Assembly (NCBI GenBank): GCA_963666835.2
Contig: CAXXGO010000001.1
Location: forward strand, 480,001-544,000
Source: Phycisphaerae bacterium
GTDB taxonomy: Bacteria; Planctomycetota; Phycisphaerae; UBA1845
Length of the DNA: 64,000 nt
Direction of reading: 5' to 3'
Part shown: in pieces, positions 9,984-20,800 of the stretch
Layout: every line of letters starts with the position of its first letter
How positions within the stretch are numbered: the first letter of the stretch is position 1
Made by a program: the position numbers and the translations under genes
Notes under the pieces: model-generated
Database searches by the model: none
What the model saw: only the letters and a program-made list of their open reading frames with translations
Told to the model about the DNA's origin: nothing

Positions 9984-12900
9984 ATGAGACCTCGTATTCT
10001 TGCTTCGTTGGCCCTTGGCCTTACGGCCTTGAATGCAACGGCAGCCGAGTACCGGATCATCCAGATCACCTATAACGCCTACGACGACTACAAGCCGCAG
10101 ATTAACGATACCGGGCAGATGGCTTGGATTGAGAATCGTACCGGGCTTGATCCCGGGCTAGGCGACAACCTAGTGTTTCGTGACTCCCCGGAAGCTCCGG
10201 ACACCATACTGCCAAGTGATCGAGGACGCGTTAGTATGTACGACCTGAACGAGGTCGGGGCTGTTGCCTGGCCCGACAAAGAGGTCTACTTCTTTGATGG
10301 CACGACGATCACACAATTCACGACTAGCGGCCATACGAACATGGACGTCCATCTGAACAACTCCAACCACATCATTTGGAATCAGCGCGTTGATGATGCC
10401 TCAGACGTCTATTGGTATGATGGAAGCGGGATCACCCCGTTGACAAACTATCCCGCAACGAACGGCAACCATCCTTGGATCAACGACAACGGCGACACGG
10501 TTTGGATGGCTGCGAGTGATCTCGTGCAGATAGACCAGGTTGTTCTGAACGACATCAACATCAACACGATTCCGCATTTGAACGGCGGTGCTCGATTCAA
10601 CGACAGTGGGCAGGTTGTGTGGATCGCCGGATACGAGGACAGTAACGACGCCCTCGAGGTGTTCCTCTACACTGATGGCGTTACCGACCAGCTGACCGAT
10701 GATGAGCGAGCAGACCTGTCGGCCCAGATCAACGCGAGCGGGCAGGTGGCATGGGTCGGTGGGTACTGGAGTGTCCAGGAGATCATGCTCTTTGATGGCG
10801 TTGTTACCAAACGCATCTCCGATCCAGGCTTGACCAGCCAGTACAATCCGCAGATCAACAACAACGGCTGGGTTGTATGGAACGGTTACGATGGCGAGGA
10901 TCACGAGGTTTTCGTGTACGACGGAGTAACGCGGACGCAGGTTACCGAGGACACGGTCGACGTTGGGTTCTGTGCGATCAACAACTTGGGCATGATCGTC
11001 TGGCAGCAGCAGGATGAAGTTGAGGGTGACTACGAGATCTTCTTGGGCATCCCCATGACGGACTGCAACGGCAACGGCATCCCCGACGAATGCGACCTCG
11101 ACTGCGCAGCGACCGTAGACGTGACGGGTGAATTGTGCAGCCTGCTCTTTCCTGCCTGCGGGGGAAGCACCGATTCCGACGGCGATGGCGTGATGGATGA
11201 ATGTGAAGCGCCCGTCCCCGCAGTCTCCACCTGGGGGATGCTCGCGATGGTGTTGTTGACGATGACGGCGGGGACAATCGCGTTTCGGGGTCGGGCGAAG
11301 CGCGGGGCGGCAGCACTCGAGAGAGGATGTCTGCAGAACAACCGATGGAATCGGCTGCGAGTCTTAGTAGTTCCAGCGTTCCTTCTTGTGGCCGGGTCAG
11401 CGAGCGCTGACGTGGGGCAGATGGGCGTGGAGGTCGTCGGACAGTGGGGAGGCGTCAACTGGCGCAGCGCCGTTGTCGGGAACACCGCCTACATCGGCGT
11501 CGGACCGCGTCTTGTGATACTCGACGTGTCAGGCCCCAGTGATCCTATCGAGTTGGGCAGAACCGATGTTCTGCCTGGTGTCGTGGACGATATCATGATT
11601 GAGGGCAGTCATGCCTATCTGAGCACGTGGCACCGGCCCGGACTCCTGGTTGTGGACGTAAGCGACTCGAGTTCGCCGACTCTGGTTGCTGAGTACGAGA
11701 CCATCGCCCGAGTCGACGGAATCGACATCGTGTCCGGCATGATCTACATTGCCGAACAGAACCTCCTTGAGATCGCGCAGATCGTTGGGCCCACCACACT
11801 ACTGTACCGGAGTGACATCGCCACAGTGGGCTCTACGTACGACGTAACTGTAGTCGGCAATGTGGCCTACGTTGCCGATGGAAACGATGGTGGCCTTCGG
11901 TTGTTCGACGTTTCTGATCCTGATGCCCCGACGCTACTCGGTGCATACGACAGCGACCACGAGGTGGTGGATGTGGTCGTGTCAGCGGGATACGCCTACA
12001 TCGCCGACTACCCGGCGAGTCTCTTGATTGTGGATGTTTCTGACCCAACTGATCCTCAGTTCTGCAGCGAATACGCCGTGAACGGCGCGGCGAACGGTAT
12101 CGACCTGGTTGGTAATACAGCCTACCTTGGCGCCCGCAGTCAAGGCCTTCATGTGTTTGACGTTACGGACCCCTGCAATCCGATTCGATGCGGTGGTTAC
12201 AATCCGGGCGGCTTGGCGGCACAGGTGCTTACGATTGCCGATCTTGTCTACCTCTCTGACTACCGACTCGGGCTGCACATCGTGGATGTTGCAGGTGCTT
12301 GCTCCGGCGTGGCTCCCCAACGCGTAGGCGGTTATGAAGCCAGCAATGCGGCTCTCAAGGTAGTCGTGCAGGGCGACCTTGCGTACGTTGCGGATTGGTA
12401 TGCCGGTGTCCAGATCGTCGACATCTCCGATCCGACTTCTCCAACGCGCATTCACACCCACTCAAGGTGGCAGACATATGATGTCGACGTAGAGGGCAAC
12501 GTGGCATGCCTGGCGACCTGGAACGGCAACGCCTATCCCGTAGATCTTACAAGCCCGACAGCGCCCGTAGAGTGCACGCACTACGATACGGGCGGCAACA
12601 ACCAGGCGGTCACTTTGGAGAACAGTATCGCATACGTAGGCAACGTAAACCCCTCAGAGCTGTACATTGTAGATCTAAGCGGGGATTGCGGCAGCGCCCC
12701 GTCTCTCTGCGATGTTGTCGCGCCGGGTGACCATCCCCTCGACACCGAAGTGCAAGGGGACCATGCGTACGTTGCCGAGGGAGGCGTCGGCCTGGAGATC
12801 TATGACGTCCACGACGTTTGTAGCGGCGGCGCTGCAGTATCCATCGGTGTATGCGACACAAGCGGGTCATCGGTAGCTGTGGCTGTCGACGGCGACCACG

Positions 12901-14546
12901 CTTATGTGGCCGATGCGTCCAATGGGCTTGTAGTGGTAGATGTTTCCGATGTTGCGAATCCTGTCCAGGTCGGCCATGTCGCCACCGGCGACACGACGTA
13001 TGATGTGGCGACATCCGGAGATCTCGTCTTCGTTGCGAACCACCATTCCGGTTTGGCGGTCATTGATGTGGCCGATCCGGAAGCTCCCGTTCTCGTAGCC
13101 GAGCATGAGACGCCCGGACCATCCACACAAGGCGTTGCCGTTGCCGGCGACAACATACTGCTCGCAGACGGCTACGGTGGGCTTCTTATCGTCAGAGCGT
13201 TTCCGGACTGTAACGGTAACAACATCGAGGACGCAGAGGATATCTCTGAGGGGACCAGTTCCGACTGCAACTCCAACAGCATCCCCGACGATTGCGAGTT
13301 GGATACGGATGGCGACACCGTGATTGATGCCTGCGATACTGATGACGACAACGATTGTGTTAGCGATGGCAGTGACAGCAACTCATTGGATCCGCTGCAA
13401 TGCGAGGATATGGATGGGGACGGTTGCGACGATTGTTCGGTCGGGGTCGACGGCTTCGGGGCCTTATGCGACAACAGGCCCGCCGATGACGGTGTAGATA
13501 CCGATGCCGACGGGCTGTGCGATGTTGGCGATCCATGTACGGACGTCGACGGCGACGGCTGGGGTCAGGATGTCGGCAACGGGATTGACTGCCCCAACGG
13601 TGCGACTCCAGATTGCGACGACGAGGGGTCGAACGCTACCGATCCGGATGTCGACAACGTCTGTGAGCCAATCGACAACTGCAACCTGTACAACCCGGAC
13701 CAGCTTGACTGTCAGCCGAATAGCATCGGGGACGTGTGCGATATTGACGCGGGGACCTCGCCGGACCAGGACGACGACGGAACCCCCGACGAGTGCGAGT
13801 TCGGCCCGCCGCAGCCCGAGCCCGAGCCCGAGCCCGTATGTAAGAACCGCTACATCTCTTTCGTCCCCGACCATGCCGATGTGCCCACGGCCCTTCACGT
13901 GGAGATCACAGCCAGCGAGTTGTTCCCGGACTCCGTGGGCACTGCTGGATGGGTCGGCACACCGGATGAAGACGGTGTTTCCCGGATCGTCGTATACCCC
14001 GTGTATCGCGTATGGCCGGAGCCGCTGGTCAACGTGGGCGATTGCATGATCGCTCCGACGGTTACATACGAAATCACGGCCGTGGTCGGTCCGACGCCGG
14101 AGATCCGCTCCGACGCTCTGATCGTGGACACAATCGCACAACCGTCTCCGAAATACTGGTGCGACGTTGTCGGCGAATTCGTCGCGGGTGCGTGGACGCC
14201 CCCGAACGGGATCGTCAATATGAATGACATCATGGCGGTACTTCAGGGATTCTCGTCGGCTCCGACTGCCCGGCCGATTGCCTGGTTGGACCTCGACCCC
14301 GAGGTGCCGAATACGATCATCAACATGACCGACGTTCAACGGGCCGTGAGCGCTTTCAAGGGCGAGCCGTATTCGTTCAGCGATCCGGGGGATTGCCCGT
14401 ATTCAATCGGAGAGACGTCGGTTGAGGATCCCACACGGACGCGCCGAGCGACTCCCACATCATTGGGCCAGCGCCACGGAAATCAAGATTCTGGTAAAGT
14501 AGCACTGTTTTCGCTTTGCATCGCTGGCTGGCGTCCGGTATTATGA
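9984..14546 (+). CDS. Large secreted protein: N-terminal propeller-like repeats, internal IPTL-CTERM plus second signal peptide, LVIVD repeats, thrombospondin-type-3-like Ca-binding repeats, dockerin-like C-terminal module
   Basis: GGAGGGAG RBS at ATG 9984; (Q/A)INxxGxVxW repeats; AYVADxxxGLxxxDVSDP repeats; DxDxDG/Cys repeats; KNRYISF...FKGEPY tail. Confidence 0.85.
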   Translation: MRPRILASLALGLTALNATAAEYRIIQITYNAYDDYKPQINDTGQMAWIENRTGLDPGLGDNLVFRDSPEAPDTILPSDRGRVSMYDLNEVGAVAWPDKEVYFFDGTTITQFTTSGHTNMDVHLNNSNHIIWNQRVDDASDVYWYDGSGITPLTNYPATNGNHPWINDNGDTVWMAASDLVQIDQVVLNDININTIPHLNGGARFNDSGQVVWIAGYEDSNDALEVFLYTDGVTDQLTDDERADLSAQINASGQVAWVGGYWSVQEIMLFDGVVTKRISDPGLTSQYNPQINNNGWVVWNGYDGEDHEVFVYDGVTRTQVTEDTVDVGFCAINNLGMIVWQQQDEVEGDYEIFLGIPMTDCNGNGIPDECDLDCAATVDVTGELCSLLFPACGGSTDSDGDGVMDECEAPVPAVSTWGMLAMVLLTMTAGTIAFRGRAKRGAAALERGCLQNNRWNRLRVLVVPAFLLVAGSASADVGQMGVEVVGQWGGVNWRSAVVGNTAYIGVGPRLVILDVSGPSDPIELGRTDVLPGVVDDIMIEGSHAYLSTWHRPGLLVVDVSDSSSPTLVAEYETIARVDGIDIVSGMIYIAEQNLLEIAQIVGPTTLLYRSDIATVGSTYDVTVVGNVAYVADGNDGGLRLFDVSDPDAPTLLGAYDSDHEVVDVVVSAGYAYIADYPASLLIVDVSDPTDPQFCSEYAVNGAANGIDLVGNTAYLGARSQGLHVFDVTDPCNPIRCGGYNPGGLAAQVLTIADLVYLSDYRLGLHIVDVAGACSGVAPQRVGGYEASNAALKVVVQGDLAYVADWYAGVQIVDISDPTSPTRIHTHSRWQTYDVDVEGNVACLATWNGNAYPVDLTSPTAPVECTHYDTGGNNQAVTLENSIAYVGNVNPSELYIVDLSGDCGSAPSLCDVVAPGDHPLDTEVQGDHAYVAEGGVGLEIYDVHDVCSGGAAVSIGVCDTSGSSVAVAVDGDHAYVADASNGLVVVDVSDVANPVQVGHVATGDTTYDVATSGDLVFVANHHSGLAVIDVADPEAPVLVAEHETPGPSTQGVAVAGDNILLADGYGGLLIVRAFPDCNGNNIEDAEDISEGTSSDCNSNSIPDDCELDTDGDTVIDACDTDDDNDCVSDGSDSNSLDPLQCEDMDGDGCDDCSVGVDGFGALCDNRPADDGVDTDADGLCDVGDPCTDVDGDGWGQDVGNGIDCPNGATPDCDDEGSNATDPDVDNVCEPIDNCNLYNPDQLDCQPNSIGDVCDIDAGTSPDQDDDGTPDECEFGPPQPEPEPEPVCKNRYISFVPDHADVPTALHVEITASELFPDSVGTAGWVGTPDEDGVSRIVVYPVYRVWPEPLVNVGDCMIAPTVTYEITAVVGPTPEIRSDALIVDTIAQPSPKYWCDVVGEFVAGAWTPPNGIVNMNDIMAVLQGFSSAPTARPIAWLDLDPEVPNTIINMTDVQRAVSAFKGEPYSFSDPGDCPYSIGETSVEDPTRTRRATPTSLGQRHGNQDSGKVALFSLCIAGWRPVL
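14497..14544 (+). promoter_or_regulatory. Putative promoter module, copy 3 of 3, upstream of the cas operon
   Basis: AAGTAGCACTGTTTTCGCT-TTGCAT-17 bp-TATTAT; shares CTGGCGTCCGGTATTATGA with copy 1. Confidence 0.55.
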
Positions 14547-14866
14547 CAGCTTGACGGGCGTGCGGGCCCAATCGCGGATGGGTCCTCCGTCGGACGCGAG
14601 ACTGATGTCTCGTGAGGTCGCTTTGGGGCCATTGGTTGCGCGGTGTTGCCGTTGCCGGCTGTACGCCGGCCAATCCTCGAGGAGCTGGCGGACTCCCAAA
14701 CGATGCTCGTGTTGCATACGAACAGCGCGCGCTACAGCTGGCGGTCCTGCCAGCATGTCCGTGCGGAGAACGGCGCAACCGCTTTTCCGCACAGCAGGAC
14801 GAACGCACAGACCAGAATCGAGGCCGATTGAACGACGTACTCCAAACCCAAGAAAGGGGATTTCGC

Positions 14867-16132
14867 ATGGCTGAATCACTGAACTTGAACACTCTCCAGG
14901 ATGCCGTTCGCCACGGCGCCGCGTTGCGTTGCCGGACTACCTTGCAGCCGGCCGGTGGGCCGGGGACGAAGGTCTTTCCTCCGACCTACAGCGGCGCCGT
15001 CTACGCCACGGAGAAGCGGCGGCTTCCCGGCTCTGATGAACCGGTCGAGTGCGTTTTGCTCGATTCGGTTCAGTCGCAGGCCAACCGCATGGAGGACGCC
15101 TTGCAGCAGGCGGTCGACAATGGGCGGGTGAAGATTCCCATTATCGAAGTCGACTTCACGTCGTACGAAGGCGACGATCAACCTGAGGACATGCGGCTTC
15201 TGGATCCGGTCGGCAAGATCAGTTCGTTGCAGGCACCGCACCGTATCGCCGACGCGATCCTGCGAGACAGCCTGCTTGGCGACAAACCCTTTCGAGACTC
15301 GGAAGTTGGCCAGCGTCTTGGCCAAGTGCGGAGCGGAGACGCTACTGCACTCTTCGAGCTTTGCCCGACTGCCCTGCTATTCGGTATGTGGGACTCAACG
15401 GGGCCCAAGGGGGGCCTTGGCGCAAAGTTCGAACGGGCGATGGTCAGCGAGATCGTGGGAATCAATGCCGCATACGGCGTGAAGACCAGCAGCCGGATTG
15501 ACCCGCTCGCCATCCAGTTAAAAGCCGGTCCGCTGTTTCACGCTGAGGGAGGTGGCTGGACGCTCGATGAGGCGCAGGCTCGGCATGAGAAGAAGAAGCC
15601 TATGATGATGGGCAAAGATGGAAGACCCTCTGAGGCCAACCACGGCAATATTGTACCTTCGCTATCGGAGACCGATCGAAAGACACAGCAGTACCTCGCT
15701 GGTGGTGTGACTATTGACCATGCCGAGCAGACGATCGTGCTGTCGTTTCCGTGTCTTCGCCGGTTGCGGTTCCCAGTCGACGGGGAGTGCATCAAGGACC
15801 GGGATACCGCCGCACAAACGGTTCTTGCAGCCCTGGGCATATGCTCCGCCGCACTCGCCGCCGAGGCCGGCCTGGATCTTCGCTCTCGTTGCCTTCTCTG
15901 GCCGACCGAACCTCTAACCTGGGAACTACTCGGCCGGGCGGGCGAAGAGCCCAGCGAGCTTTCAATCGAAGCGGAGGCCGCCGTGGCTTTGCTCAACGAT
16001 GCGGTCGAGGAAGCGACCAAGCTCGGCCTACCTTGGCAAACCCAGCCGCTCTCGCTCACCCCTTCTGATCAGCTGGTCAAACTCGTTGTGAAGAGCCAGA
16101 GACTCGCCGTGCAGCAAAGTGAGGAGGAATAG
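14867..16132 (+). CDS. csb1: Type I-G (I-U) CRISPR-associated Cas7 (Csb1)
   Basis: LQPAGGPGTKVFPPTY, LLDSVQSQANRME, PHRIADA, PTALLFGMWDS and LRSRC motifs; AAAGGGGA RBS. Confidence 0.92.
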   Translation: MAESLNLNTLQDAVRHGAALRCRTTLQPAGGPGTKVFPPTYSGAVYATEKRRLPGSDEPVECVLLDSVQSQANRMEDALQQAVDNGRVKIPIIEVDFTSYEGDDQPEDMRLLDPVGKISSLQAPHRIADAILRDSLLGDKPFRDSEVGQRLGQVRSGDATALFELCPTALLFGMWDSTGPKGGLGAKFERAMVSEIVGINAAYGVKTSSRIDPLAIQLKAGPLFHAEGGGWTLDEAQARHEKKKPMMMGKDGRPSEANHGNIVPSLSETDRKTQQYLAGGVTIDHAEQTIVLSFPCLRRLRFPVDGECIKDRDTAAQTVLAALGICSAALAAEAGLDLRSRCLLWPTEPLTWELLGRAGEEPSELSIEAEAAVALLNDAVEEATKLGLPWQTQPLSLTPSDQLVKLVVKSQRLAVQQSEEE

Positions 16133-16135
16133 CCC

Positions 16136-17821
16136 ATGCCATCACTGGCAGTCGGATGGGAGTACCTCACGGGGTACGCGGTCGCGACCGATTGGACCAA
16201 CCGCGACCGAGCCGAATGGCCACCGCATCCCGGACGCGTGTTCCTTGCGCTGGCGGCAGCGCACTTCGAGACGGGCGAGGACCCTGCCGAAAGAGATGCC
16301 CTGCGCTGGCTGGAGGCCCTGGGTGATCCAGAGCTACACCTGCCGCCGAGCAACGCAGTGTTCGAACGTACGAACGTGACGGTCTATGTGCCGGTCAATG
16401 ACAAAGCCGGGCCGTCCGCAGCAATGCTGCAATCCGCTCCGACAACGACGCGGAGCAGACAGGCTCGGACCTTCCCACGCGTGTGGGTCGGTTCGTCGCC
16501 GTGCTATATGACCTGGCAGGACGCCGGCGACCTAGACAAACACCGGGCCGCGCTCGAGCAGGTATGCACCAAGGTCACCCGAATCGGCCACTCCTCGTCG
16601 CTCGTACGAATGTGGGTGGCGGATGAGGTCGATCCCCGGGCCGGGGAACACTGGCAGCCCGACGACCTGAACGCCACCGTCCACTGCCGAGTCGTCTCGA
16701 AGAACACGCTTGGCAGCCTGCCGGAGCAGACGCAGATCCCACTCATTAACGATTTCGCTCACCTTGCCCAACGCGTTGCTTCGAGCAAGCGTGCCGAACA
16801 GAAACTCGTAAAAACCGAGTTCGAGGGACGATTCGGCAAAAAGTGGAAACGCGGTATCGCCCCGCCACCGTTGCTTCGGCCGAACCTGGGCATCTGGCGA
16901 GGCTATCGTTCGGCCGGAGCTCATCGGCCCGATCCGGATGTCGCCCACAGCAACTTCGATACCGATCTGCTGATCCTGTCGCACACCGACGGTCCGCAAT
17001 TGCCACTTGTTTCGACGTTGGCTGCCTCCCAGGCCCTGCGCAATACGATCATGAAGCACAGCGGAGAGCAGCCGGTGCCATCGTGGGTCAGCGGGCACGA
17101 TCCCAACGGCACACCGCTTCATCACGACAGCGACGCACACTTGGCATTGACTCCGTTGCCCTTTGTGGGTCGTAGTCACGCTGACGGCCATCTGCTCGGC
17201 ATGGGCCTGGCATTCCCCCGCAGTACAAACCTCAAGGAACGTGGTCGCGTGCTTGGGGCGTTGCTCTTGAACGAACACGGCAAGCCCAAACCCGTCGCGC
17301 TCCACCTCGGTCGACTCGGCGCATGGACCCTGACGAAGCGCGACTGGACGGAGTCACGACGTGCCCTCCAGCCGGAAACTTGGACCGCACACTCCCGCGG
17401 CTCGCAAACCTGGGCGTCTGTAACACCTGTAGTATTGGACAAGTTCCCCAAGTCTTCCCGTCGCGACGATCGCGCAGCATGGACTGACGAAGTTGCCCGG
17501 ATAGTGGCATCCTCGTGCGAACGAATCGGCTTGCCGCTGCCGGATGCCATAGACCTCGACACCACGAGTTGGGTCCACGGCAGCTCGCGCGCGGTTCGGA
17601 AGCAGCGACAACTTCGCAGTGGAGCCGGCTCAGACGGGCAGCAAGGCACGGGATGCGGTGATGGATTCCCACCCTATCCCCCGAAGGGAACAAATGTCCC
17701 GCGACTGCAAGTACACGTCTGGTTGCGCTTTCCTGAACCCGTTGTTGGCCCGATCCTGCTGGGCGCCGGTCGTTATCGTGGCTATGGGCTATGCATGCCC
17801 TGGAAGGAGGCTGACCGATGA
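16136..17821 (+). CDS. csb2: Type I-G Cas5-Cas6 fusion (Csb2)
   Basis: AEWPPHPGRVFLALAAA, WASVTP and the Cas6 glycine loop GPILLGAGRYRGYGLC. Confidence 0.92.
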   Translation: MPSLAVGWEYLTGYAVATDWTNRDRAEWPPHPGRVFLALAAAHFETGEDPAERDALRWLEALGDPELHLPPSNAVFERTNVTVYVPVNDKAGPSAAMLQSAPTTTRSRQARTFPRVWVGSSPCYMTWQDAGDLDKHRAALEQVCTKVTRIGHSSSLVRMWVADEVDPRAGEHWQPDDLNATVHCRVVSKNTLGSLPEQTQIPLINDFAHLAQRVASSKRAEQKLVKTEFEGRFGKKWKRGIAPPPLLRPNLGIWRGYRSAGAHRPDPDVAHSNFDTDLLILSHTDGPQLPLVSTLAASQALRNTIMKHSGEQPVPSWVSGHDPNGTPLHHDSDAHLALTPLPFVGRSHADGHLLGMGLAFPRSTNLKERGRVLGALLLNEHGKPKPVALHLGRLGAWTLTKRDWTESRRALQPETWTAHSRGSQTWASVTPVVLDKFPKSSRRDDRAAWTDEVARIVASSCERIGLPLPDAIDLDTTSWVHGSSRAVRKQRQLRSGAGSDGQQGTGCGDGFPPYPPKGTNVPRLQVHVWLRFPEPVVGPILLGAGRYRGYGLCMPWKEADR

Positions 17822-20800
17822 CACCCTTGACCATCGACCGTTTCGACGATTACTTCCGCGCTCTGCATAGCCATGCCCCTTATCCATGGCAGCAGGCACT
17901 CGCCGCACAAGCCGTAAGCGGCACGTGGCCCAGCGTAATCGATCTACCAACCGGCAGCGGCAAGACTGCGTGCATCGATATCGCAGTTTTCGCGCTAGCC
18001 TGCCAAGCCGGTCGCTCCGCGAGCGACTGGACAGCCCCGCGCCGGATCTTCTTCTGCGTCAACCGCCGCGTAATCGTCGACGAGGCGCACGACCGTGCCG
18101 CGCGCATCGCCCGCCGGATCAGTGACTCCGAAGAAAGAGACTCTTCGGCACCCGACATACTCCGGGATGTTGCGACCGCCCTGCGCGCCGTCGCCGGCAC
18201 GACCCCCCAAAACCTAAGCCCACCGCTTGACGTGCTCGAGTTGCGCGGCGGCATCTACCGCGACAATCGTTGGGCCCGCTCGCTCACCCAGCCGACCATC
18301 GTCTGCACGACGGTCGATCAGCTCGGCTCCCGGCTCTTGTTCCGCGGCTACGGAGTCTCGCCCAACGCCGCCCCGATTCAGGCCGCGCTTGTTGCGTACG
18401 ACAGCCTGATTCTGCTCGACGAGGCCCATATCAGCCGGCCTTTCCTTCAGACCCTCGAGCGCGTCCGTCGCTTCCTCGACCCCGCCAAGTGGGCCGAACA
18501 AGACCTCGGCATCCGGCCGACCACTGTCGTGCCGATGACGGCCACCCCGCCCGCTGACCTCAACGAGGTCTTCCGAATGAGCCCAGCCGACCGAAAGAAC
18601 GAGTCGTTGCGCCGGCGTCTGTCCGCGAGCAAGCCGGCTGAGCTTCGCCAGGTCAAGAACGTAGCCAGCTCCGCCGTTGAGGCCGCCGGAGAGGCCGCTG
18701 CCGACACCCCCGTCACCATTGGCATTATCGTGAACCGCATCACCACCGCCCGGACGATTCACAGAAAGCTGCTTGAGGCACAAAGGCCACAAGGACGCAG
18801 CCGTCCGAAGATCGCCCCCTCAGCACAGATCGAACTCGTCATCGGGTCCATGCGTCCGCTGGATCGTGACCGGCAAACCGAACGGCTACGCCCGCTCTTG
18901 GGAAGTGCTCGACCTGAGGCCACCGCCCAGACGAGCATCGTCGTCTCGACCCAATGTTTGGAGGTCGGAGCCGACTACGACTTCGATGTGCTGATCACGG
19001 AGTGTGCATCTCTGGACGCTCTTCGACAGCGTTTCGGACGGCTCAATCGTGCCGGACGAGGGATTACGGCCTGGGCCCTCGTTCTTATCGATGCCAAAGC
19101 TGTAAAACCCGAAGACAAACTCCACGACGATAAACCGTTGGACCCAATCTACGGCAACGCCCTTGTCCGCACCTGGAACTGGCTCTGGGAAAACGCTGCC
19201 ACCGTCGATGGTACAGACGAAAGGACGATCGATTTCGGCATCGACACCTTCAGCCAATTGCTCGCCCAAGCGGGCATGGACGGCCGAATTCCGCTGGAGC
19301 TACTGGCGCCTTCCGCCATGCTCGACGCACCGGTCATGCTGCCCGCTTACGTGGACCTGTGGGGCCAGACCGCTCCCAAGCCCGAGCCCGAGCCTGAGGT
19401 CTCGCTGTTCATCCACGGCCCGCAGACCGCCCCGCCGGACATGCAGGTATGCTGGCGAGCAGACCTGGTTGTCGAGGAAGGGCCGTCCGAGCCTGACCAC
19501 TGGTGCGAGGTGGTGGCGTTGTTGCCGCCCACTGCGGCCGAATGCATGACTGTCCCCCTCGCGCGCGTCCGGAATTGGCTGGCCGGGTTGATCGACTCGT
19601 TCCACAAACAGCCGGACAGCAGCAGCGACGTGCTTGGTGAGACAGAGCATGAGCAGACAACTGACGTAAGCCGTCCGAATAAGGCAATGCCGCCGGCTGT
19701 CCTTTGGCGTGGCCCCGAGCATAGTGTTCTCCTCGATTCGCTTCAGGATCTCCGCCCCGGAGATACGCTGGTTCTGCCAACCTCGGCCGGCGGCTGGAAT
19801 GAGCTAGGTCACATCCCCGCTATAGGCGACGAGGGCGCAGCAGGAATCGACATCGCCGAGCAGGCCTTCGAGCAGGCACGCAACCGTACGGTTCTGCGTC
19901 TGTACGCCACGTTGACCGACAGGGTCCCCGATACCGACGCCGGCCGCGAGTTGCTGACGCGAGCACGCGATCCTGACGACCGGCCGACTCTTGCCGAGTG
20001 GCGTACCATCCTTCGTGCCGCAGCCGACTTCCCCGAAGTGGATAACAGATTTCGCACCGCGCTCGAAACCCTGTCCGATGAGCACAGTGGCCTTCTCGTC
20101 GAACGGTACCCGGACAACGGCGGCGTTGTGCTAACAAGCCGGAGGCGACGCATCGAGTCCGGTCTTCGTGGCTTGCCGGCGCTCGACGATGGTGATGACT
20201 GCCCCTCGCGTACGATACAGCGGTCTTCGGTTTCGTTGTCCGAACACACACGCAACGTGCTGGCCGAGCTGGACAACGCACTTCAACGATTACCTGCCGA
20301 TGAACTTCGCCCGGCTCTGCGCCTGGCGGCCGTCCTGCACGACGCCGGGAAGGCCGACGAGCGTTTCCAGGCCATGCTCCGACGGTCCGACCGCACCGAC
20401 GCTTGGCTTCACACCGGCACGTCCACCATCATGCTCGCCAAGTCCGGCGGTTTCCCGCTGGGTGCCGGTGCGTCGGCGGCAGCTCGCCGTCGAGCCAGCC
20501 TGCCGAACGGCTTTCGACACGAAATGCTCTCCGTGCAGCTCGCCGAACGGCACGACCTGCTGTCGTCCGATCCCGTGCTGCGGGAACTAGCGTTACACGT
20601 GATTGCCGCACATCACGGTCACGCCCGACCCTTCGCCCCGGTCGTTATTGACGACGACCCGCCCGACGTCGAAGTGTTGCTCGACCGAAACTCGGGTGGT
20701 TCAGCCACAGCCGCCGACGTCGGTCCGCTTGCTATCTCAGCCGACGATCGCCGATGTCGACCGGCCCATAGGCTTGACTCCGGCGTTGCGGAACGATTCT

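Noticed and set aside
14612..14640. GAGGTCGCTTTGGGGCCCATTGG upstream of csb1 as a possible CreA/CreR-type mini-array repeat
   Set aside because: The similarity is weak and gapped; I found no second pseudo-repeat and no spacer complementary to the promoter.
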